Below are positions 56,793-64,000 of a stretch of DNA of 64,000 nt, piece by piece; the stretch's first letter is position 1, and each line of letters opens with the position of its first letter. Made by a program: the position numbers and the translations under genes. Source of the DNA: Flavobacteriaceae bacterium (GTDB lineage Bacteria > Bacteroidota > Bacteroidia > Flavobacteriales > Flavobacteriaceae); the NCBI GenBank assembly GCA_002862755.1, contig PKDY01000039.1:8789-72788 (forward strand), read 5' to 3'. Under the pieces are notes generated by a model. That model worked only from the letters and a program-made list of their open reading frames with translations. It searched no databases and was not told where the DNA came from.

Positions 56793-59700
56793 ATGGAACA
56801 ACAACAACCTTATATTCCTGTTAATAAAGTAAGAATTGTTACTGCAGCTTCACTTTTTGATGGACATGATGCAGCAATCAATATCATGAGAAGAATCATC
56901 CAAGCTACAGGATGTGAAGTCATTCATTTAGGTCATGATAGAAGTGTGGAAGAAGTAGTTAATACTGCAATTCAAGAAGATGCCAATGCAATTGCTATGA
57001 CTTCTTACCAAGGAGGTCATACCGAATATTTAAAATATATGTTTGATTTGCTGAACGAAAAAGGAGCAAGTCATATCAAAATTTTTGCCGGTGGAGGAGG
57101 TGTTATCCTTCCTTCTGAAATTGAAGAATTACACGAATACGGAATTGAGAAAATCTATTCTCCAGATGATGGTCGTGCCATGGGATTGCAAGGAATGATT
57201 AATGATTTAGTGAAACGTTCTGATTTCCCTATTGGAGATTCTCTAAACGGAGAAGCAGATCATTTAATCAATAAAAATCCTCGTGATATTGCACGTGTAA
57301 TTTCTGCAGCTGAAAATTTCCCTGAAATAGCGAAAGCCACATTAGATAAGATACACCAAGAAAACCAAACGTCAACCACACCCGTTTTAGGAATTACAGG
57401 AACAGGTGGTGCTGGTAAATCGTCTTTAGTAGACGAATTAGTACGTCGTTTTTTAATTGATTTCCCTGAGAAAACAATTGGTTTAATTTCAGTTGATCCA
57501 TCCAAACGTAAAACGGGTGGTGCTTTATTAGGAGATCGTATTCGTATGAATGCCATCAATAATTCAAGAGTGTACATGCGTTCGTTGGCTACACGTCAAT
57601 CTAATTTAGCTTTGTCAAAATATGTAGCGGAAGCGATTCAAGTTTTAAAAGCAGCTAAATACGATTTAATTGTATTGGAAACTTCAGGTATTGGGCAATC
57701 GGATACTGAAATTATGGACCACTCTGATGTTTCATTGTATGTAATGACACCTGAATTTGGTGCGGCTACACAATTGGAAAAAATCGATATGTTGGATTTC
57801 GCGGATTTGGTAGCACTAAATAAATTTGACAAAAGAGGTGCCTTAGATGCTATTCGTGATGTAAAAAAACAATACCAACGCAATCATAATCTTTGGGACG
57901 CCAATCCAGATGATATGCCTGTTTTTGGAACTATTGCGTCTCAATTTAACGATCCTGGAATGAATTCGCTATACAAAGCGATAATGGATAAAATTGTCGA
58001 CAAAACAGGAATTGATTTACACTCTACTTTTGAAATTACTAAAGAAATGAGTGAGAAAATCTTCGTTATTCCGCCGCATAGAACACGTTATTTATCGGAG
58101 ATTGCTGAAAACAATCGTAAATACGATGAGACTGTTTTAACGCAGGTTGAAGTGGCTCAAAAATTATATGGAATTTTCAAAACAATAGAATCGGTAAACG
58201 GAAATTTCCCTCAAATTGATAAAGCAGGAATCGTTGAATCATCATTACAAATTAACGATTCAAACAAAGATTTCGTTTCACTTTTAGTAAAAGAATTTGA
58301 CCGCGTTAAAATGAATTTAGACCCATACAATTGGGAAGTAATTCAAACTTGGGATGAAAAAGTAAACAAATACAAAAATCCTATTTACTCGTTTAAAGTA
58401 AGGGATAAAGTAATTGAAATTAAAACACATAGTGAGTCGTTATCACATACACAAATTCCTAAAATTGCCTTACCAAAATACCAAGCTTGGGGTGATATTT
58501 TAAGATGGAATTTACAAGAAAATGTACCTGGAGAATTCCCATTTGCATCTGGATTGTATCCGTTTAAACGTGAAGGGGAAGATCCAACGCGAATGTTTGC
58601 AGGTGAAGGAGGACCAGAACGTACTAACCGTCGTTTCCACTATGTGAGTTTGGGTATGCCAGCAAAACGTTTGTCAACAGCTTTTGACTCGGTAACACTT
58701 TACGGAAATGATCCCGATCATAGACCTGATATTTACGGTAAAATTGGGAATGCAGGGGTTTCAATTTGTTGTTTGGATGATGCAAAAAAATTATATTCTG
58801 GTTTCGATTTGAGTCACCCAGCAACTTCAGTTTCGATGACGATTAATGGACCAGCACCTATGTTGTTAGGCTTCTTTATGAATGCCGCTATCGATCAAAA
58901 TTGTGAGAAGTATATTAAAGAAAATGGTTTAGAAGCAGAAGTAGAAGCTAAAATTAAAGCGATTTATAAAGCTAAAGATTTAGAAAGGCCAACCTATAAC
59001 GGGGCTTTGCCTGAAGGGAATGATGGTTTAGGATTAATGCTTCTTGGTGTAACTGGAGATCAAGTTTTACCAGCTGATGTGTACCAAGATATTAAAATAA
59101 AAACCTTAGCACAAGTGCGTGGTACCGTTCAAGCAGATATTTTAAAAGAAGACCAAGCGCAAAATACGTGTATTTTCTCTACAGAATTTGCGTTGCGATT
59201 AATGGGTGATGTTCAGGAATATTTCATCCAACAAAATGTACGTAATTTCTACTCGGTTTCTATTTCAGGTTATCATATTGCAGAAGCGGGTGCCAATCCT
59301 ATTACACAATTGGCGTTTACTTTAGCCAATGGTTTCACTTACGTGGAATATTACTTGAGTAGAGGTATGGATATCAATGCTTTCGGACCGAACTTATCGT
59401 TCTTTTTCTCAAATGGTATAGATCCTGAATATGCAGTTATTGGTCGAGTAGCACGTAAAATTTGGGCGAAAGCCTTAAAATTAAAATACGGTGCCAATGA
59501 AAGAGCCCAAATGTTGAAATACCATATTCAAACATCGGGTCGTTCTTTGCATGCACAAGAAATTGATTTCAATGATATTCGTACAACGTTGCAAGCGTTA
59601 TATGCCATTTACGATAATTGTAATTCCTTGCATACCAATGCGTATGATGAGGCGATTACAACACCTACAGAAGAATCGGTGCGTAGAGCGATGGCTATTC

Positions 59701-60218
59701 AGTTGATTATCAATAAAGAATTAGGTTTAGCGAAAAACGAAAACCCAATACAAGGTTCGTTTATTATTGAAGAATTAACCGATTTAGTAGAAGAAGCGGT
59801 TTTAGCAGAATTTGATAGAATTACCGAAAGAGGTGGAGTTTTGGGTGCTATGGAAACCATGTACCAAAGAAGTAAAATTCAAGAAGAATCGTTGTATTAT
59901 GAAACCTTGAAACATACAGGAGAATTCCCAATTATTGGTGTGAATACTTTCTTAAGTTCGAAAGGTTCCCCAACGGTTATTCCTGCGGAAGTGATTCGTG
60001 CAACAGAAGAAGAAAAGCAATTCCAGATTAAGACATTGGAAAACTTGCACAAAGCACATGCCGATAAAGTAAAAGAACAAATTGCTTTATTACAAGAAGC
60101 AGCCATTACCAACCAAAATATATTTGAAGTATTAATGAATGCTACTAAGTATTGTTCGTTAGGACAAATTACTTCAGGTTTATTTGAAGTAGGAGGTCAG
60201 TACAGACGAAATATGTAA
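56793..60218 (+). CDS. icmF: Fused B12-binding/MeaB GTPase/acyl-CoA mutase (IcmF-type isobutyryl-CoA mutase)
   Basis: N-terminal FDGHD B12-binding motif; [10 protein letters not shown]-loop, VDPS, ETSG, NKFD; mutase barrel [11 protein letters not shown] (Phe, not the Tyr of MCM), [22 protein letters not shown]. Confidence 0.88.
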   Translation: MEQQQPYIPVNKVRIVTAASLFDGHDAAINIMRRIIQATGCEVIHLGHDRSVEEVVNTAIQEDANAIAMTSYQGGHTEYLKYMFDLLNEKGASHIKIFAGGGGVILPSEIEELHEYGIEKIYSPDDGRAMGLQGMINDLVKRSDFPIGDSLNGEADHLINKNPRDIARVISAAENFPEIAKATLDKIHQENQTSTTPVLGITGTGGAGKSSLVDELVRRFLIDFPEKTIGLISVDPSKRKTGGALLGDRIRMNAINNSRVYMRSLATRQSNLALSKYVAEAIQVLKAAKYDLIVLETSGIGQSDTEIMDHSDVSLYVMTPEFGAATQLEKIDMLDFADLVALNKFDKRGALDAIRDVKKQYQRNHNLWDANPDDMPVFGTIASQFNDPGMNSLYKAIMDKIVDKTGIDLHSTFEITKEMSEKIFVIPPHRTRYLSEIAENNRKYDETVLTQVEVAQKLYGIFKTIESVNGNFPQIDKAGIVESSLQINDSNKDFVSLLVKEFDRVKMNLDPYNWEVIQTWDEKVNKYKNPIYSFKVRDKVIEIKTHSESLSHTQIPKIALPKYQAWGDILRWNLQENVPGEFPFASGLYPFKREGEDPTRMFAGEGGPERTNRRFHYVSLGMPAKRLSTAFDSVTLYGNDPDHRPDIYGKIGNAGVSICCLDDAKKLYSGFDLSHPATSVSMTINGPAPMLLGFFMNAAIDQNCEKYIKENGLEAEVEAKIKAIYKAKDLERPTYNGALPEGNDGLGLMLLGVTGDQVLPADVYQDIKIKTLAQVRGTVQADILKEDQAQNTCIFSTEFALRLMGDVQEYFIQQNVRNFYSVSISGYHIAEAGANPITQLAFTLANGFTYVEYYLSRGMDINAFGPNLSFFFSNGIDPEYAVIGRVARKIWAKALKLKYGANERAQMLKYHIQTSGRSLHAQEIDFNDIRTTLQALYAIYDNCNSLHTNAYDEAITTPTEESVRRAMAIQLIINKELGLAKNENPIQGSFIIEELTDLVEEAVLAEFDRITERGGVLGAMETMYQRSKIQEESLYYETLKHTGEFPIIGVNTFLSSKGSPTVIPAEVIRATEEEKQFQIKTLENLHKAHADKVKEQIALLQEAAITNQNIFEVLMNATKYCSLGQITSGLFEVGGQYRRNM

Positions 60219-60265
60219 GCAGGATGCATCTGAAACGAGGCGAAAGCTGAAGTTAAAGTTTGCAT

Positions 60266-60359
60266 ATCGCTTCTACTGAGCCTGCCGAAGTATAGCAGAA
60301 AACCAATTCTGATTTTTATCCGGAATGTGCGAATCGCTTCTACCGAGCATGACGAGGTA
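60266..60359 (+). repeat. Two degenerate copies of a 27-bp REP-like element
   Basis: ATCGCTTCTACTGAGCCTGCCGAAGTA (60266-60292) and ATCGCTTCTACCGAGCATGACGAGGTA (60333-60359); 23/27 identical. Confidence 0.55.
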
Positions 60360-60390
60360 ACTAAGACTAAAAATTAAATAGTATAAATTA

Positions 60391-60419
60391 AAAACCTTTC
60401 AGAAATGAAAGGTTTTTTT
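60391..60419 (+). terminator. icmF terminator
   Basis: AAAACCTTTCA-GAAA-TGAAAGGTTTT plus T-tract. Confidence 0.8.
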
Positions 60420-60428
60420 ATTTAATAA

Positions 60429-60690
60429 GAGCTAAAACCTATTAATTTCAGCCTAAAAGCTCTTAATAATAAGCTCAAAGCTATTAGTAATAATCAAAAA
60501 GGTTCAAATTATAACCTCAAAGCTATTATTTATAACCAAAAAGGTCCTAATTATAACCTTAAAGCTATTAATTATAACCTTAAAGCTATTAATTATAAGC
60601 AAAAAGCTATTAGTAATAACCAAAAAGGTTCTAATTATAACCTTAAAGCTTATATTTATAAAATAAAAGGTATTAATTAGTAACAAAAAG
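60429..60690. repeat. Imperfect 21-bp tandem repeat, about 12 units
   Basis: Consensus approximately ATAACCTTAAAGCTATTAATT, variant ATAACCAAAAAGGTTCTAATT; lies between two terminators. Confidence 0.8.
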
Positions 60691-60739
60691 GTATTTGCGA
60701 TAAGCTATTTGGTTTAAAATGAATATTTTCCTAAATAAA

Positions 60740-60767
60740 AAAGACCTTTCGATAGCGAAAGGTCTTT
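60740..60767 (-). terminator. pfpI terminator
   Basis: AAAGACCTTTCG-ATAG-CGAAAGGTCTTT with flanking A/T runs. Confidence 0.8.
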
Positions 60768-60798
60768 CTTTTTGTAATATAAAAAATAGAATAAAGGT

Positions 60799-61344
60799 TT
60801 ACAATACAGGTTCGTGTTTCCCTTCTTTAATTTCTTCAATCATTTTTTTGTTGAAAGCTGGTAAATCATCAGGATTTCTACTGGTTACTAATCCTTTGTC
60901 GACCACTACTTCTTTATCATGCCATTCGGCACCCGCGTTGATTAAATCTTGTTTGATAGAAGGATAAGAAGTCATTTTTCTACCTGCTACCACTTCTGCA
61001 CTGATTAGTGTTTGTGGACCATGACAAATGGCAGCTACTGGTTTTCCGGCTTCAAAAAAGGCTTTTACAAATTCCAATGCTTTTTCATTGGTACGCAATT
61101 GATCAGGATTAATCACGCCTCCAGGTAAAAGCAGCGCATTGTAATCGGAAAAATGAACTTCGTCTATGGTTTTATCCACTGGGTATAATTTTCCCCAATC
61201 TGTGGATGCCCATGCTTTAATACTTCCCGATTTCGGACTTACAATTTCTGCAATCCAACCTTCTTTTTCAAGTGCTTTTTTTGGTGATGTTAATTCTACT
61301 TCTTCAAATCCATTGGTAGCCAAAATAGCTATTTTCTTTTTCAT
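60799..61344 (-). CDS. PfpI/DJ-1 family type 1 glutamine amidotransferase-like protein
   Basis: GFEEVE, LLPGG..NPD.LR, AICHGP nucleophile, LVTSR.P.DL.AF. Confidence 0.93.
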   Translation of the reverse strand: MKKKIAILATNGFEEVELTSPKKALEKEGWIAEIVSPKSGSIKAWASTDWGKLYPVDKTIDEVHFSDYNALLLPGGVINPDQLRTNEKALEFVKAFFEAGKPVAAICHGPQTLISAEVVAGRKMTSYPSIKQDLINAGAEWHDKEVVVDKGLVTSRNPDDLPAFNKKMIEEIKEGKHEPVL

Positions 61345-61385
61345 AATTTTAATTTTTTTACTGTTTAACTATTAATTTGTTAGTG

Positions 61386-61446
61386 TAAAATTACGAAACG
61401 ATGACTCCTTGTTTGTTATAGGATTTTGTAAGATTTTTATAGAATG
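61386..61446 (-). promoter_or_regulatory. Tandem-box promoter (regulon site 12) for pfpI
   Basis: -7-like 61386-61393 (sense TAATTTTA); TTATAGGATT 61416-61425; TTATAGAATG 61437-61446. Confidence 0.7.
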
Positions 61447-61478
61447 TTTAGATTTTGTATTCAAATGAAATAGAAAAT

Positions 61479-61506
61479 AAAAAGACCTTCTTCGGAAGGT
61501 CTTTTT
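61479..61506 (-). terminator. Terminator after the choice-of-anchor I gene
   Basis: AAAAAGACCTTC-TTCG-GAAGGTCTTTTT perfect stem. Confidence 0.8.
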
Positions 61507-61531
61507 GGAATCAACAATAACACATTTATAA

Positions 61532-63694
61532 TTATTCAACAACTACTTTTTGTGCGATTCCATCTTTCGTTCTTAGAAAATAAATACCTTTTGGATAGTT
61601 CATTTCTAAGCTTTTTGTGTTTTCCTTTTCTGTAATTTTTTTACCCGTAAAATCATATAAACTGATGGTAATATTTTCTTTAAAGTATACAACTCCGTTT
61701 GTAACTGGATTGGGATAGGCAACAAATGAATTGGTTTTTTCTGTGAAATTTGGTGTAGCCAAAACATCATTTGTAATTTCATATAGACTTAAAGTAGCAC
61801 TTACTTCATTTGCCATTATGATTAACCCTTTATTACTCGGACTATTTTCAGGAGCAATGTAAATAATTCCTTCCGGACCTAAATCGCCTCCTAAACTATT
61901 GGTATTTCTACTATTGTGGTACGAAATAAAAGTAGCGTTCATTGGGTCAGTTATATCATAAACCATTAAACCACCAGTTCTTTCTAATGTAATAAAAGCA
62001 TAGGTTGCACCATTAATTTCAGCAACGGTAATCCCTTCTGGTTCCGGACCTTTATTGTCGCTTCTATTTTTAGAAGTGTTATTATCATTACTTGCATTGA
62101 ATACACTTCCATACACAGGATCAGCAGCAGTAATTCTTTCAAAATCCGAACCACTATCATACACTAATTGTCCGGTAGTAGTATTCCAAATACTAAAAGA
62201 ACGTGTACCAAATACATGTATTTCATCAAAATCACCATCATTATCTGTATCGCCTGTAGCATTGGTAACCGTTAACCTTCCTAAGTTTTTATTATTTTTT
62301 AAAAAAGAAGCATTTGGAAAAACGGTTGGATCTAAAACATAACTACCACTGCTTACTCTCTTTTCTTCTGAAAGTCCGTTATAATCTCTTGAATCCCCTT
62401 CATTTGCAGTCACTAAATACGTGGTGCCATTTACGGTGTAATTCGCAATTGCATCTGGCATATACATGCCTTTAACCGGCCAGTTACCTAAGAAAATTTC
62501 CCCGAATTGATCGGATGTATCCAATTCATTACCCGGAAGCATATGATCTTTAAAACCTAAAGGTACAATGTCTGTTATTTGTTTATTCACTACATCAATA
62601 GTAGCAATTGCGTTGTTTTCTTGTAAAGAAACCCAAGCAGTAGCACCATCGGCAGCAACTGTGATATATTCTGGCTCTAAATCTTTTGAAACCGTAGCAT
62701 TCACTCCAAATATTCTAACATTATTAGCTCTTAATGTCGCTAACTGACTGTCAAAAGCATTAAAGTTAAGTTGGGTAACATCACTTTGTTGAATGTTATT
62801 TAAACCTGCAGTTACATCAATAATGGAAATACTTCCTTCTGGATCAATCGTATAATCATCGTTTGGTTCCCCTTCGTTTGCAACGATAACCTTAGTACCA
62901 TCTGGTGTAAACGTAATCATGTCTGGTAAAATACCAGCATCAACGGTAGCACCAATAGTTCCATTAACATCCATGAAAATAACTTTACCATTAGTATAAT
63001 TAGCTCCTTGAACTGTAGCAGCAATTAAACCATTTTTATGAGCAATACTCGTTCCACCAATTCCATAAGCCGCTAAATCTACCGATTGAACAGAAGTAAT
63101 GGAATTCGGATTTGAAAAATCTAAAATTTCAATTTTTGAAGCTGTGGAATTCATTACAAATAAACGTTGGGAAACAGGATCATGTGCTACTATTTCTGCA
63201 GAACCTGCAGCATCTACTAAATAGCTTGTTAAGTAATTGATATTTAATGCAGCAGAAGTAGTTGGTACATTTTCTTCATCTTCTAAAATGTAAACTGTAG
63301 TTTGAGAGTTGCCCACAATGGCTCCGTCAACAGGATTAGAAAGCGTTAATACAAAATACGTATCTCCTTTAAAAGTCGAGTTATTTATAATAGGAATCGT
63401 TAGGGTTTGCGAAGTACTATTTAAAGGAAAAGAAACGGTTTGATTGGTGAAGGAGTATTCTTGTCCGTTTATAGCTGTACCAAATAAAGTAACAGCCACA
63501 TCAACTTGAGTAGAACCAGTTGAAGGGCTGTTTAAGTTTAGAACTACATCTACAGTAGCGGTATTTTCGTTTACGATATAAAAATCGGATGCAAAAGTGA
63601 TATCAGATGCGATTACATCTTCATTTGTGGCATATAGTATTGAACTATAAGCAGTACTTAAAATTAATAAGAATAGCGTAATTTTTGTTTTCAT
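61532..63694 (-). CDS. T9SS-secreted Calx-beta + choice-of-anchor I beta-propeller protein
   Basis: Calx-beta-like N-terminus; DLEPEYI, LQENNA, MYMPD, TANEGD, RSFSIW, KGPEPEG, LERTGG, DLGPEG, NEVS; CTD YPNP...KGIYFL. Confidence 0.88.
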   Translation of the reverse strand: MKTKITLFLLILSTAYSSILYATNEDVIASDITFASDFYIVNENTATVDVVLNLNSPSTGSTQVDVAVTLFGTAINGQEYSFTNQTVSFPLNSTSQTLTIPIINNSTFKGDTYFVLTLSNPVDGAIVGNSQTTVYILEDEENVPTTSAALNINYLTSYLVDAAGSAEIVAHDPVSQRLFVMNSTASKIEILDFSNPNSITSVQSVDLAAYGIGGTSIAHKNGLIAATVQGANYTNGKVIFMDVNGTIGATVDAGILPDMITFTPDGTKVIVANEGEPNDDYTIDPEGSISIIDVTAGLNNIQQSDVTQLNFNAFDSQLATLRANNVRIFGVNATVSKDLEPEYITVAADGATAWVSLQENNAIATIDVVNKQITDIVPLGFKDHMLPGNELDTSDQFGEIFLGNWPVKGMYMPDAIANYTVNGTTYLVTANEGDSRDYNGLSEEKRVSSGSYVLDPTVFPNASFLKNNKNLGRLTVTNATGDTDNDGDFDEIHVFGTRSFSIWNTTTGQLVYDSGSDFERITAADPVYGSVFNASNDNNTSKNRSDNKGPEPEGITVAEINGATYAFITLERTGGLMVYDITDPMNATFISYHNSRNTNSLGGDLGPEGIIYIAPENSPSNKGLIIMANEVSATLSLYEITNDVLATPNFTEKTNSFVAYPNPVTNGVVYFKENITISLYDFTGKKITEKENTKSLEMNYPKGIYFLRTKDGIAQKVVVE

Positions 63695-63831
63695 TTTGTA
63701 AGTTTATTGTTGTGCCACAAACTTACTGGTATGATGTAACGAAATCGTTATTTAAAAATTACGAAATTATTCTGAAAACTTTACTGAAATGTTTCATAAT
63801 AGTAAACAAGTAAAGTAATTGTTAATTGTTC

Positions 63832-64000
63832 TTATTTTTTAACGGTATACAAACCACCAACGAATAATGCGACTGCTAATCCAATAAATATAAAGCCTTG
63901 AGTTTGACCTGATTCATTCGATGCGTCAATTTCAATTCCTAAGAATTTAACTTCTGCTGTATTGTTTGATACTTTATTTACTCCTAAATAGCCTACATAT
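63832..64000 (-). CDS. C-terminal part of a small two-TM membrane protein (partial)
   Basis: Manual translation: ...YVGYLGVNKVSNNTAEVKFLGIEIDASNESGQTQGFIFIGLAVALFVGGLYTVKK*. Confidence 0.65.
   Translation of the reverse strand, partial: YVGYLGVNKVSNNTAEVKFLGIEIDASNESGQTQGFIFIGLAVALFVGGLYTVKK

Noticed and set aside
60504-60686. 60-aa minus-strand ORF as a real gene
   Set aside because: A by-product of the stop-poor 21-bp repeat; no promoter or family support.
60429-60690. CRISPR array
   Set aside because: Units are contiguous 21-mers with no unique spacers, and there are no cas genes.
5388-60967. Short antisense or nested ORFs in the track (e.g. 5388, 5879, 9346, 11175, 23057, 24346, 30018, 42803, 43481, 55127, 57260, 60719)
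   Set aside because: They overlap longer genes with clear family motifs; shadow ORFs with no independent evidence.
62055-62342. 95-aa plus-strand ORF
   Set aside because: Antisense shadow of the choice-of-anchor I gene.
63718-63776. Tandem-box promoter upstream of the choice-of-anchor I gene
   Set aside because: A -7 is present, but the putative boxes match poorly and the period is 19 rather than 21.

Overview
AT-rich Flavobacteriaceae-type chromosomal window (Bacteroidota TAnnTTTG -7 promoters, T9SS C-terminal sorting domains, TonB receptors). I see no rRNA, tRNA, CRISPR array, integrase or IS. The left end (1-12 kb) holds envelope and regulatory genes plus two TonB-receptor/PepSY iron-uptake units, each with a pair of Fur-box-like sites. 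prfA (12068) and pyrF (53581), neighbours in Bacteroides-type gene order, are separated by a ~40 kb block. The block encodes stress-type small proteins (YtxH, lmo0937-family, CsbD, Dps, DUF4142), a CHASE3-PAS kinase/response regulator/AraC trio, MlaEFD, PAP2-TamB-TamL, a GAF protein, an HD-Pycsar-TM fusion, a phosphoesterase-kinase-beta-barrel fusion, MscS, AI-2E and the exonuclease-ligase-Lhr-PdeM repair operon. The right end has pyrF, a BtuF-like protein, DUF4197, IcmF, PfpI and a choice-of-anchor I T9SS protein. Main observation: 12 promoters share one fixed architecture, a 10-bp box repeated at a 21-bp period and placed 21-22 bp upstream of a -7-like element (sense AATTAT[A/G]TAA-N11-AAT[T/G]AT[A/G]TAA-N21/22-TAnnTTT[G/A]). 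This suggests a general-stress regulon, undescribed as far as I know, probably driven by the locally encoded AraC protein with its kinase and receiver. A second candidate system is a possible cyclic-nucleotide/phospho-signalling trio at 34-41 kb. All family calls come from motif recognition by eye; no database searches were run.
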